Positions 51,657 to 61,580 of a stretch of DNA of 64,000 nucleotides are shown here, in pieces (positions within the stretch are counted from its first letter, which is position 1; each line of letters begins with the position of its first letter). The stretch is from Ruminococcus sp. (lineage in GTDB: Bacteria; Bacillota; Clostridia; Oscillospirales; Ruminococcaceae): positions 5,093-69,092 of the forward strand of contig JBJERF010000056.1 of the NCBI GenBank assembly GCA_051882115.1, given 5' to 3'. The position numbers were made by a program, and so were the translations under genes. The notes under the pieces were generated by a model, which was not told the DNA's origin, made no database searches, and saw only the letters and a program-made list of their open reading frames with translations.

Positions 51657-51700
51657 GGGGCTGTTCCACCGTTTCAATGGTGGGATGGTCCCTGTATTTT
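51657..51700 (+). terminator. Terminator of the MBOAT operon
   Basis: GGGGCTGTTCCACC-loop-GGTGGGATGGTCCCT then T-rich tail. Confidence 0.7.
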
Positions 51701-51874
51701 TATACGAATCCCTTTAACTCTGGTAGACAAGAGTCTGCCGGAGTTTAGCCGACGAAGTCGGCGTAAGGGATTGTATGAGACAAGGTTTGACCGCAAATCG
51801 GTCAAATCAGCGGATGCCACAGGCAGCCGCCCTCCAAACTGTCATATCTATTACAGTTTGGAGGATTCGTATTA
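51701..51874. mobile_element. MITE-like multi-hairpin element
   Basis: Terminal IR ATACGAATCC/GGATTCGTAT with TA at both ends and five internal hairpins. Confidence 0.6.
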
Positions 51875-51890
51875 GCGGAGGGAGAAAGCC

Positions 51891-52631
51891 ATGCATTTTG
51901 AAACAGAGAAGAAAATTGCGGAGCATCTGTTTTCACAGCGTGAGGACGACTTTGAGCATGCTTCATTTGACCGTGAGATTGCATTTTATGAGAGCATATG
52001 TTCGGGCAATATGGTTCTTGTAAAAATGCTTGCCACTCCGCTTTGCAGCGAAGGGTATGGAACGCTCAGTAAGGATCATCTGAGGAATCTGAAATATCAC
52101 TTTGCGATTTCTGCGGCATTGATTGCGAGATTTTGTGTAAAAAGCGGAATGACGCCTGATACAGCTTATCAATTGAGTGATTATTACATTATGAAAGCCG
52201 ATGAAAGCAGTTCACAGGAAGCTGTACATCATGTACATATGGAAATGATTGAAAGCTATACAATGAAAATGAGAAGTGTAAAAAACGGAAAGATCTATTC
52301 CAAGCAAATTGTGAGAGCAATGGATTATATCAGCGATCATCTGCACAGTAAAATACTGCTTGCGTCCGTTGCGAATGATCTTCAGTTGAGTACATCCTAT
52401 CTTTCAAGGCTGTTCAAGTCTGAAACGGGCACATCGTTCAGTGATTATGTGAATGGTAAAAAGATTGAGGCAGCTGCCAATCTTCTCCGTTTTTCAGGAT
52501 ACTCTGATCTTGAAATAAGCAATTTGTTTTGTTTCAGTTCACAAAGCTATTTTATAAAAGTGTTCAGAAAGTATATGAAAATCACACCGAAAGAGTACAG
52601 GAACCGTTTTCATATGCCGGATGTTCCGTGA
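51891..52631 (+). CDS. AraC-family transcriptional regulator
   Basis: SYLSRLFKSETG...FSSQSYFIKVFRKYMKITPKEYR. Confidence 0.9.
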   Translation: MHFETEKKIAEHLFSQREDDFEHASFDREIAFYESICSGNMVLVKMLATPLCSEGYGTLSKDHLRNLKYHFAISAALIARFCVKSGMTPDTAYQLSDYYIMKADESSSQEAVHHVHMEMIESYTMKMRSVKNGKIYSKQIVRAMDYISDHLHSKILLASVANDLQLSTSYLSRLFKSETGTSFSDYVNGKKIEAAANLLRFSGYSDLEISNLFCFSSQSYFIKVFRKYMKITPKEYRNRFHMPDVP

Positions 52632-52641
52632 AATCTTCAAG

Positions 52642-52666
52642 AACCGCTGGAAAATCAGCGGTTTTT
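52642..52666 (+). terminator. Terminator after AraC gene
   Basis: AACCGCTG-loop-CAGCGGTTTTT. Confidence 0.75.
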
Positions 52667-52795
52667 GTATGTCATCAATTTACCATTTTTGTCAAGATAT
52701 TTGTATATTTTTGTATAGATTGTATGATACAATAAACATATCGAAACGGTTCAGTCACCATATAGGCACATAAAATCTGAAAGGAGTCTTGTTTT

Positions 52796-55700
52796 ATGAA
52801 AAAAAGCACATGCAAACGCTGTACAGCAGCCATTGCAGCCTGTGCAGTTATGATGTCTGCCATGTCTTTCATTCCGGCAGCTACTTTTGCGGCATCTAAC
52901 ATCATCAGCAATTCAACATTTGAATCGGGTACATCCGGATGGGGAACCTACAAGGAAAGCGGCGGAGCCTGCTCGCTCAGTACAGAAAACGGACAACTTG
53001 CCCTTACTGTCAGCAGTGTAGGAAAGGTCAACTATGCTGTTCAGGTGTATTATGATATCATTCCGCTTTATCAGAATGGTGTATATCGCCTGAAGTATGA
53101 TATTTCTTCTACAACAGACCGATATATTGAGGGAATGATTCAGCAGAACGGCGGTACCTATCAGGCTTACACATGGAAAGGACTTTCACTGACTTCTACG
53201 CCTCAGACTGTGGACTATGAGTTTACGATGGAAGCAGAAACCGATATTATGGCAAAGCTTGTTTTCAACTGCGGGATTCAGACAAGTTATGAGGGTGAAC
53301 TGCCGGAACATAAAATTTATATTGACAACGTTTCACTGGAGCTTGTGGATGACAGCAAGGTGGATTATGCTGCATTCAGACCCTATGAACCGCCGATTGT
53401 TGTTAATCAGGTGGGCTACAAGAGCAACTGTAAAAAAACAGCTGTTTTCCGTAATGCAGGGGATGAAAGTGAATTTTCTGTCTGGAATGCAGATACCCAT
53501 CAGGTGGTTTACACAGGCACACTTTCAGATGAGATTCAGAATACCTCAGCCGGAGAGACAAACAGAACAGGGGATTTTTCTTCTGTGACAGAAACAGGAA
53601 GATATTACATCACCTGCGGCAATCTGGACAACTCCTATACCTTTGAAATCAGCAATGATGTATATTCAGATCTTTTGGATGACACCGTAAGAATGTTGTA
53701 TTTGCAGCGATGCGGAACGGCGGTAGAAGACAGCACTTTCGGACATACCGCTTGTCATACCGGACTTGCAACGGTTTATGGAACCAATGAAACCATAGAT
53801 GTTTCGGGCGGTTGGCATGATGCAGGCGATTACGGAAGATATGTAGTACCTGCTGCAAAGGCAGTTGCCGATCTGCTTTATGCGTATGAAGCGAATCCAG
53901 AGCAATATAGTGACCAGAGCGGCATTCCGGAAAGCGGAAACGGAACGCCGGATATTCTGGATGAAGTACGTTATGAGCTGGAATGGATGAAGAAAATGCA
54001 GAGAGCAGACGGAGGCGTATATCATAAGGTTACCTGTGAGAACTTTCCGGGCTATGTTTCTCCTGAGAAGGAAACTGCTCCGTTAATTGTGACACCGGTT
54101 TCTACTACAGCGACTGCTGATTTTTGTGCTTCCATGGCACTTGCTTATGAATTCTATCAGGACATTGACGCTGACTTTGCGCAGGATTGTTTGAGTCGTG
54201 CGGAACGTGCATGGAGCTTCCTTGAAGCCAATCCGAATCTGATTTTCAGCAATCCTGAAGATATTACAACCGGAGAATATGGCGACACATCTGATAAAGA
54301 TGAACGTTACTGGGCTGCAGCACAGCTTTACCGTGCAATAGGCAGCAGTAAATATGAAACTGTCCTGAGCGGTATGTCCGCTTCCAAGGGATTGGACTGG
54401 TCAACTGTGGGCGATTATGGAAATATTGCCATTCTCACAGCTGAAAATATCAGCAGTAGTTCTGAAATTTATACAAAGGCAAAAAATGCTGTGATTTCAC
54501 AGGCAGATAAATTTGTCACAGTTTCCGGCAATTCGCCCTATGGTGCGGCAATTACAAAGTTTGACTGGGGCAGCAATATGACCGTAGCAAATGCTGGAAT
54601 TATACTCAGCACGGCATACGGACTTACAAAGGATGAAAAATATCTGGATGCTGCAAATGCGCAGCTGGATTACCTGCTGGGAACAAATCCTGTGGGAACA
54701 TGTTTTGTTACAGGATACGGAACGGTTTCACCTGAAAATCCTCATCACAGACCATCTATGGCAGCAGGAACTGCTATGAAAGGCATGCTGGTAGGCGGTG
54801 TAAATTCCAATCTGGAGGACAGTGCAGCGAAAGCATACTGTCAGGATGTGCCGGCTGCAAAATGCTATGTGGATCATTCCGAGAGCTATTCTACGAATGA
54901 AATTACCATTTACTGGAATTCTCCCCTGACCTATCTGATGGCTCTGACCGATTATGCCGATCAGCAGGGCAGTGGATTTGTATTGGGCGATATCAACAGC
55001 GATGGTCACATCAATTGCTTTGATATGGTTTTCGCAAAAAGGGGACTGAAGGAAGGCGGATTTTCTGATGCTGCTGCTGCAAAGGCGGCGGATGTAAATC
55101 AGGATGGTACGTATACCATTGCAGACGCTGTTCTGCTTCAGAAATATCTTGTATGTCAAATCAAGAGTTTTCCAAAGGCAGAACCGGTTGAAGGGGAAAT
55201 GATTGATTACGGAACACCCATGAATGAAAATGCTACCGTTATCGCAGATTTCAGAAAGGGTGAAACCCCTGTGTTCTTTGCATCAGATGGCTGGACGAAC
55301 GGAAGCTGCTTTGACTGTGGCTGGTATAAGCGGAACACCTCGTTTGACGGCGGCGTATTGAATCTGACCATTGATAAGGACTCTACAGGCAAGTATAACT
55401 ATTCTGCCGGCGAATATAGAACGGTTGACTTCTATGGATATGGCTACTATGAAACATCCATGCAGGCGATCAAGAACGATGGTGTTGTATCGTCTTTCTT
55501 TACCTATACCGGTCCATCTGATAACAATCCATGGGATGAGATTGATATTGAGGTGCTTGGTAAGGATACAACGAAGGTTCAGTTTAACTATTACACCAAT
55601 GGTGTAGGAAACCATGAATATATGTATGATCTTGGATTTGATGCATCGGAAGGATTCCATACCTATGGATTTGACTGGCAGCCCGATCATATAACATGGT

Positions 55701-55870
55701 ATGTTGACGGGAAAGCCGTTTACACAGCTTCCAGCAATATTCCCTCCACTCCGGGTAAAATCATGATGAATGTATGGCCTGGTACAGGTGTTGATGGCTG
55801 GCTGAATCCATTTGATGGCAATACGCCGCTAACCGCACGTTATCAGTGGGTAACATATCAAGCACAATGA
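52796..55870 (+). CDS. Multimodular cellulase/lichenase: SP-CBM4-Ig-GH9-dockerin-GH16
   Basis: VNQVGY Ig domain; GGWHDAGDY, PHHRPS, YSTNEITIYWN (GH9); GDINSDG...DVNQDG dockerin; WDEIDIE (GH16). Confidence 0.93.
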   Translation: MKKSTCKRCTAAIAACAVMMSAMSFIPAATFAASNIISNSTFESGTSGWGTYKESGGACSLSTENGQLALTVSSVGKVNYAVQVYYDIIPLYQNGVYRLKYDISSTTDRYIEGMIQQNGGTYQAYTWKGLSLTSTPQTVDYEFTMEAETDIMAKLVFNCGIQTSYEGELPEHKIYIDNVSLELVDDSKVDYAAFRPYEPPIVVNQVGYKSNCKKTAVFRNAGDESEFSVWNADTHQVVYTGTLSDEIQNTSAGETNRTGDFSSVTETGRYYITCGNLDNSYTFEISNDVYSDLLDDTVRMLYLQRCGTAVEDSTFGHTACHTGLATVYGTNETIDVSGGWHDAGDYGRYVVPAAKAVADLLYAYEANPEQYSDQSGIPESGNGTPDILDEVRYELEWMKKMQRADGGVYHKVTCENFPGYVSPEKETAPLIVTPVSTTATADFCASMALAYEFYQDIDADFAQDCLSRAERAWSFLEANPNLIFSNPEDITTGEYGDTSDKDERYWAAAQLYRAIGSSKYETVLSGMSASKGLDWSTVGDYGNIAILTAENISSSSEIYTKAKNAVISQADKFVTVSGNSPYGAAITKFDWGSNMTVANAGIILSTAYGLTKDEKYLDAANAQLDYLLGTNPVGTCFVTGYGTVSPENPHHRPSMAAGTAMKGMLVGGVNSNLEDSAAKAYCQDVPAAKCYVDHSESYSTNEITIYWNSPLTYLMALTDYADQQGSGFVLGDINSDGHINCFDMVFAKRGLKEGGFSDAAAAKAADVNQDGTYTIADAVLLQKYLVCQIKSFPKAEPVEGEMIDYGTPMNENATVIADFRKGETPVFFASDGWTNGSCFDCGWYKRNTSFDGGVLNLTIDKDSTGKYNYSAGEYRTVDFYGYGYYETSMQAIKNDGVVSSFFTYTGPSDNNPWDEIDIEVLGKDTTKVQFNYYTNGVGNHEYMYDLGFDASEGFHTYGFDWQPDHITWYVDGKAVYTASSNIPSTPGKIMMNVWPGTGVDGWLNPFDGNTPLTARYQWVTYQAQ

Positions 55871-55915
55871 TGGATTCGTATTAGCAATAGAGGCTGTTGC
55901 AGCTTTCTGAAATAA

Positions 55916-55957
55916 AAAAATGCTCCTGATTCTCTTTCTTGAATCAGGGGCATTTTT
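55916..55957. terminator. Bidirectional terminator
   Basis: AAAAATGCTCCTGATTC-loop-GAATCAGGGGCATTTTT. Confidence 0.85.
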
Positions 55958-56017
55958 GTGCATATATCATAAAAAAGATCCGATTTACTCGGTTCTGATG
56001 GATTTTGAAAATCAGGC

Positions 56018-56692
56018 TTATGCAGATTCAGATACAGTCTTTCGCTGTAAAATTCTTTTTTCTGCTCGCTTTCCGAATGACAGGGGATATCCCAAAGCAC
56101 ATATGCAAAATGCAGCCAAAATATCAATCGAGGAATGCTGCTTGAGAAAGACTGTGGAGATGCAAATAAGAATGGTGCTGATCAAAAAGAAAATCCGCCA
56201 TCCTTTTGTCTGAAGTGTTTTGCAGTGCAGCGATGTGAACCAGACTGCAACGCCGCCTACGACGTGTAAAGAAGGACATACGTTTGTGTTGGTATCTATA
56301 TGGTATATGTACGAAACCAGATGGGTAAAAATATTATCCCGTGGCATGGAATCCGGACGCAGAAGCTGTATAGAAGGATACACAATAAACAGAACCAGAG
56401 AGAGCGTCTGTGTAAATATAATAAAACGCATCAGCTTTCGGAATGCCAGCTCATCCTTAAAAAATGTGTACACATGGATTCCAATCAGTGCTGCAAACCA
56501 ATATAGATATGGGATGATAAAGATCTCAGCAAAAGGAATGTAATCATCCAGACGACAATACATGACATGATAAAATGATGGTTTCGCAAACCATTCCAGC
56601 AATTCAAAAACTGCCCCATATATGGGCCAGTACAGAAGCAGCTTCCAATGGGGGTATCGGTGAAAAAAAGAACGTATAGCTTTTACAATCAT
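56018..56692 (-). CDS. PAP2-superfamily membrane phosphoesterase
   Basis: RP, CPSLHV, STVFLKQHSSID motifs. Confidence 0.85.
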   Translation of the reverse strand: MIVKAIRSFFHRYPHWKLLLYWPIYGAVFELLEWFAKPSFYHVMYCRLDDYIPFAEIFIIPYLYWFAALIGIHVYTFFKDELAFRKLMRFIIFTQTLSLVLFIVYPSIQLLRPDSMPRDNIFTHLVSYIYHIDTNTNVCPSLHVVGGVAVWFTSLHCKTLQTKGWRIFFLISTILICISTVFLKQHSSIDILAAFCICALGYPLSFGKRAEKRILQRKTVSESA

Positions 56693-56802
56693 GATTTATC
56701 ACCTCCTGCGAACTTTTCAAATGGTTCTATTATTATAACAGATTCCAAATATTTTGTCAACTCAATGAAACTGTATTTTCAGGGAAACATCATTTATTTT
56801 TC

Positions 56803-56899
56803 ATAGGTAAGAATTTTTTTCGGTCCAGCAGTTTTTTGCAAAAAAATGCTGGCAGGGTCCAGGGACAGCGTCCCTGGTCGCCGTCCGCAGACGGCGAAA
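56803..56899 (+). repeat. Three-hairpin intergenic repeat, copy 3
   Basis: Nearly identical to 26158-26254. Confidence 0.9.
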
Positions 56900-57081
56900 C
56901 CAGCGTGCCGCTGAACCGTTTACCCCACCCCCCGTTTCAGTTACCGAAAGCGGGGAAGCATCAGCCCCTTCAAGGAAAAAGTAAATGCTATTGCCCTGGT
57001 ACGTTCAGGATTTCCGCTTTACAATCTATGGAAAGTATGTTATAATAACAGAGCATCAATGAAAAAAAGGATGTGTTTTAT

Positions 57082-57564
57082 ATGAATCGAAATATTCTGT
57101 TCAGAATTTTGCCGCTGTTTCTGACCATGGGATGCGCTGCAGCCATTTTTATGTTTTCCAGGCAGAATGGTGTGGATTCCAGTACGGTCAGCAATCATTT
57201 TTTGCAGTATGTACTGGCTTTCTGGCGGCAGGTACCTGTGAGTGAAATTACCGCATCAGACTTGACAAAATATACTTTTCTGGTGCGCAAGCTGGCACAC
57301 TTCTCCATTTATTTTGTGCTGGGTGTTTTTACATACTGGAGTACATATGCACTTTTTCAGAAATACCGTATACTGACCGCAGCGAGCTTCTGTGTTTTGT
57401 ATGCTGTATCCGATGAAATTCATCAGCTATTTTCAAAGGGACGTTCATGCAGCTTGCGTGATGTGGGAATTGACAGTGCAGGTGCATTATTGGGCATTGG
57501 ATTTATGTATTTGTTCATTCGCTGTTTCTGCCGGCATCGAAGAACAGTTTCAAAGGAATCATGA
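57082..57564 (+). CDS. VanZ-family membrane protein
   Basis: IFMFSRQ, RKLAHF, DEIHQLF..GR...DVGID. Confidence 0.88.
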   Translation: MNRNILFRILPLFLTMGCAAAIFMFSRQNGVDSSTVSNHFLQYVLAFWRQVPVSEITASDLTKYTFLVRKLAHFSIYFVLGVFTYWSTYALFQKYRILTAASFCVLYAVSDEIHQLFSKGRSCSLRDVGIDSAGALLGIGFMYLFIRCFCRHRRTVSKES

Positions 57565-57602
57565 GCACAAGGAGGAGCAGTACAAATTGCCCCTCCTTTT
57601 TT

Positions 57603-58274
57603 TTATTGATATCGCTTTCGAAGGGCGTTGAGTGCCCGTTTTTCCAGACGAGATACATAAGAACGTGAAATGCCCATTTTTTTTGCAATTTCACGCTGCG
57701 TCAAAGGCATGGTTCCATAAAGCCCATATCGTGCAATGAGGATTTCCTGTTCTCGTGGTTCCTCAAGTTCGGATACATACTGATATAGCTGACGTGCCTG
57801 CATTCGTTGATCCACCAATTCATCCAGATTGCTTCCATCATCAATGATGTCCATAAGTGTTAATGGATTGCCGTCCTTATCTGTTTCAATCGGATCGCCC
57901 ATGTATACAGCATCGGCTTGTTTTTTATGGGCACGAAAGCTCATGAGAATTTCATTTTCAATACATCTGCTGGCATAGGTGGCAAAGCGAATGCCTTTGT
58001 TGGCATCAAAAGTAGACACAGCTTTAATCAAGCCCACTGTGCCAATGGAAATTAAATCTTCCTGATCGCTGCCGGCAGCATAATACTTCTTGATGATATG
58101 TGCAACAAGACGCATATTATGCAGGATCAGCTTGTTTTTTGCTTCCTTGTTACCAGAAGCCATTTGTTCAAAGCACTGCTGTTCTTCTTCACGAGACAGC
58201 GGCTTCCGGAATGTTCCTGCTTCTTCAACATGAAGAAAGCAAAGGAAAATATGCTGTAAAAAATCCAGAAACAC
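57603..58274 (-). CDS. sigK: Sporulation sigma factor K (pro-sigK), uninterrupted
   Basis: Hydrophobic pro-sequence, F.KPLS.EEE, HNMRLVAHIIKKY, TQREIAKKMGISRSYVSRLEKRAL. Confidence 0.88.
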   Translation of the reverse strand: MFLDFLQHIFLCFLHVEEAGTFRKPLSREEEQQCFEQMASGNKEAKNKLILHNMRLVAHIIKKYYAAGSDQEDLISIGTVGLIKAVSTFDANKGIRFATYASRCIENEILMSFRAHKKQADAVYMGDPIETDKDGNPLTLMDIIDDGSNLDELVDQRMQARQLYQYVSELEEPREQEILIARYGLYGTMPLTQREIAKKMGISRSYVSRLEKRALNALRKRYQ

Positions 58275-58293
58275 GTCGCATCACCTCATATTT

Positions 58294-58323
58294 ACTCTAT
58301 GCGGTGAAAGAGTTGTCTTATGC
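58294..58323 (-). promoter_or_regulatory. Sigma-E promoter with overlapping SpoIIID site
   Basis: gCATA-17-CATAGAGT; TAAGACAACT matches the SpoIIID consensus WWRRACARnY. Confidence 0.7.
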
Positions 58324-58346
58324 GAAGGATTGTTCTGTAACGGCGT

Positions 58347-59135
58347 TTATGAAACGATATCTTTTCGAGTATATTTTAGATAAGCAGCACCGATTCCTGC
58401 CAAAGCAAATACTGAGCCGGTTCCAATCAAACACCAATCCAGATTCGATTCAGAAAGGATGCTGCTGGCTTCGGAATATGCATAGGGCGTGATATACCGC
58501 AAGAACTCTGCCTGTTCGCTGATATTGCAAATAATATTCATAAAATAAAGTGCAAGTGCAAGTCCCAGACCAATTCCAATGCCGCTGTGCCGGATCCATG
58601 CAGATATTCCAAAACAGATGCATGCAATTTCCATCTGCATGATCAGATAGGCTGTGTGGAGAAGCAGCCATTCTCTCAGTTGTAACGATTCACCGATTAT
58701 GGCAGCGGATAGAAAGCTGAAGATGACAATCAGAATATTCATTGCAATAATCTGCGTCAGTACGGACAGCAGCTTCTGCGTAAGTACAGAGAAACGGCTT
58801 ACAGGATGTGTCAGAAGGAACTCGGCTGTGTGTTCCTTTTCTTCGCCGGCAAGAACAGAGATACCGGCAAGTGCTGCAAAAAATCCGCCGCCGATTCCAA
58901 GAACATTTCCGCATTCAACCCCGTAAAAGCCCATCAGTTCACCAAAGTTCAGCTGATCCATTCCAAATGCGGCACTAAATCCGCCCATATTTGCAAAAAC
59001 GCTGCTAATGCTGTCCATTTCACCTTTCATTTCAGGAAACATAAGGATACAAATCGCCATCATCAGTGCAATACAACTGGTCCAGATGCCCCATGATTTT
59101 ATGGCTTGTTTCAGTTCTTTTCTGTAAATTGTCAT
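58347..59135 (-). CDS. ABC-2 type exporter permease
   Basis: EEKEHTAEFLLTHPVSR, six TMs, RKDI C-terminus. Confidence 0.88.
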   Translation of the reverse strand: MTIYRKELKQAIKSWGIWTSCIALMMAICILMFPEMKGEMDSISSVFANMGGFSAAFGMDQLNFGELMGFYGVECGNVLGIGGGFFAALAGISVLAGEEKEHTAEFLLTHPVSRFSVLTQKLLSVLTQIIAMNILIVIFSFLSAAIIGESLQLREWLLLHTAYLIMQMEIACICFGISAWIRHSGIGIGLGLALALYFMNIICNISEQAEFLRYITPYAYSEASSILSESNLDWCLIGTGSVFALAGIGAAYLKYTRKDIVS

Positions 59136-60013
59136 GCGTTTTCACTGCCTTTCTGATAATAATGCAAAAAGATTTCGTCCAGATCTGGTTCTGTAATGGT
59201 CATATCATAAATCGGCAAATCATGTACTGCATCCAGCAGTTTTTTTATATCGCCGTTATAAAGAAATGTAACAGAGTCCTTTGATGCTTCTATGGATTTG
59301 GCAGAAAGTGCTTCAGGTACAGTATGTATACCATAAAGTGTTATGCGTTTTGCATTGGTTTTGGAAAGATGCTCTACGCTGTCCAATGCAACCAGACTGC
59401 CTTCTTTTATAATTGCAGCACATGCGCAATTTTTTTGAATTTCTGAAAGCACATGAGAAGAAAGAAAAATGGTTGTACCATTGGCATGACGTTCTTTCAG
59501 AATATCAAAAAATTCCTTTTGCATCAGGGGGTCCAATCCGCTTGTGGGTTCATCCAGGATACAAAGTCTGGGTTTATGCTGCAAAGCGCATACAATCGAT
59601 ACTTTTTTCCGGTTGCCCAATGATAGTGCCTCCACACGTTTTTCCGTATCAAGTGCCAGCCGTTCACAGAGCTTTCTGGCTTCAACTGAACAGTCTGTTT
59701 TGCGCATTTTTGCGGAAAGTGTGATGATATCACGAACACGCATACCATGATAAAAGGTTGCCTCTGACGGCATATAGCCAATATCTGTAAGAATCTCTGT
59801 TTTCTGGCGCACAATATCCTTTCCGAATATTCTGGCAGTACCTGAAGTGGGATGGATTAAGCCGAGAAGGGTTCGGATTGTGGTTGATTTTCCTGCACCG
59901 TTGGGCCCGATAAATCCGAAAAATGCGCCCTCTTCAACAGTCATGTTCAAGTCAACAATACCACGGCTTTTTCCATAGTATTTGGTCAGATGGTCAATTT
60001 CGATGATTTTCAT
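59132..60013 (-). CDS. ABC exporter ATP-binding protein
   Basis: GPNGAGKSTT, LSLGNRKK, DEPTSGLDP, SSH. Confidence 0.92.
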   Translation of the reverse strand: MKIIEIDHLTKYYGKSRGIVDLNMTVEEGAFFGFIGPNGAGKSTTIRTLLGLIHPTSGTARIFGKDIVRQKTEILTDIGYMPSEATFYHGMRVRDIITLSAKMRKTDCSVEARKLCERLALDTEKRVEALSLGNRKKVSIVCALQHKPRLCILDEPTSGLDPLMQKEFFDILKERHANGTTIFLSSHVLSEIQKNCACAAIIKEGSLVALDSVEHLSKTNAKRITLYGIHTVPEALSAKSIEASKDSVTFLYNGDIKKLLDAVHDLPIYDMTITEPDLDEIFLHYYQKGSENA

Positions 60014-60336
60014 TGTTTATGCTCTTTTCTATAACAGATTTTTTCAGAAGATAAGAATTCTGGCTGAATCCGATTGGTTTCATCAGAATCATGCTTCTCT
60101 TCAAAGTATTTTTATTATAGCACATAAGGGTGATATTGAAAAGACTTTTTTCCAATTTTTTGTAAGATTCAAGAATATTCTGCCTTTCCTGGCGGAGGTT
60201 CATTGAAAAATAACGAGTCTATTTGAAACAAAAAATAGGATATATCTTTTCTCTGAGTTTTTTTCCAAAAGGGCTTTACATTTTTACTTTAATATGCTAA
60301 AATATATGTATCAGTATAGAAAGCGAGCGATTTACC

Positions 60337-60633
60337 ATGAAAAAAGACCAATTCAATAAGGATGTTGACACACTTTTTGAAGCAATTCTTCAGTTGAAAA
60401 ATATCGATGAATGCCGTGCCTTTTTCAAGGATCTGTGTACGTATCAGGAATTAAATGCTATGGCTCAGCGGATGCATGTTGCAAAAATGCTGTATACACA
60501 CCATGTTTTTACTGATATTGTTGCGGAAACGGGAGCCAGTACAGCAACCATCAGCCGTGTGAACCGCACCATTAAGGATGGTGAGGACGGATATCAGATT
60601 GTATTTGAGCGTCTCGGAATTCATATCGAATGA
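60337..60633 (+). CDS. YerC/YecD-family TrpR-like protein
   Basis: FFKDLCT..EL..MAQR, TGASTATISRVNR. Confidence 0.9.
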   Translation: MKKDQFNKDVDTLFEAILQLKNIDECRAFFKDLCTYQELNAMAQRMHVAKMLYTHHVFTDIVAETGASTATISRVNRTIKDGEDGYQIVFERLGIHIE

Positions 60634-60736
60634 ATATACATGAAATGTTAAAAAAATATTGTTAATTTATTTATGGACAAACACTTGGAAATATGATATA
60701 ATAATAAACCAATCAAATCTGAAAGGAGGAAAATGC

Positions 60737-61204
60737 ATGATTACAAAAGGAACAAAGCTCATCAGTGAAAACCGTCAGGCACGGCATGAGTATTTTATTC
60801 TGGAAGATATGGAAGCCGGTATCGAATTGCAAGGCAACGAAGTAAAATCTATCCGGCAGGGGAATGTCAATCTGAAAGACAGCTGGTGTGATATCGAAGA
60901 TGGAGAATTGTTCCTCAAAGGAATGCATATTTCTCCTTATGAAAAAGATGGTTTGTGCCGAACCGATCCACGAAGAGTACGCAGACTTTTGATGCATAAA
61001 CGTGAAATTTTACGTTTATTTGGAAAAGTGAAACAGGATGGATTTACGCTTGTTCCGCTTTCTCTTTATTTTAAAGATTCAAAAGTAAAAGTAAAGATCG
61101 GTTTGTGTAAAGGAAAAAAACTGTATGATAAGCGTCAAACTGCGGCAAAAAAAGATGCACAACGTCAGATTCACCGTGCAGTAAAAGGAAGCCTGTATGA
61201 ATGA
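60737..61204 (+). CDS. smpB: SsrA-binding protein
   Basis: NRQARHEY, EAGIELQGNEVKSIR, GKKLYDKR. Confidence 0.97.
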   Translation: MITKGTKLISENRQARHEYFILEDMEAGIELQGNEVKSIRQGNVNLKDSWCDIEDGELFLKGMHISPYEKDGLCRTDPRRVRRLLMHKREILRLFGKVKQDGFTLVPLSLYFKDSKVKVKIGLCKGKKLYDKRQTAAKKDAQRQIHRAVKGSLYE

Positions 61205-61208
61205 ATAT

Positions 61209-61580
61209 GGGGGCGTAACGGTTTCGACGGGGATTGTGCAGTGTGATAAGCGAGCAGAGTTTGCTGTATCTCTTTAAAATATGGCACGTTTAAAATTAAA
61301 CGCTAAAAATAATATTTCTGTAAGCTTTAACAAGAGCGTACAGGTAGCTGCTTAAGTCAGCTACTGTCGGTTGCAGGATGACCACGACCTGCTCCTCGGC
61401 ATCATGGAGTGGTGAACGTTTCAGCGGTCTGTTCACACCGTAGAAATGTATTTGAACTACCAGCTACTGCGGCCTGTTTATCGGCAGCTTGGGCTGGGAA
61501 TATCAGTAGATAAACTACGCTCGTAGAAAGTTGCATGAATCGTTTCTCGGACAGGAGTTCAATTCTCCTCGCCTCCACCA
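61209..61580 (+). ncRNA. ssrA: tmRNA; tag ORF 61302-61355 encodes AKNNISVSFNKSVQVAA*
   Basis: 5' GGGGGCGTAACGGTTTCGAC, 3' GGAGTTCAATTCTCCTCGCCTCCACCA; directly after smpB. Confidence 0.96.

Noticed and set aside
51645-51875. Short ORFs over structured repeats (also 8623-8865, 56836-57045, 2946-3221)
   Set aside because: They are translations of hairpin repeats and terminators, without RBS or coding character
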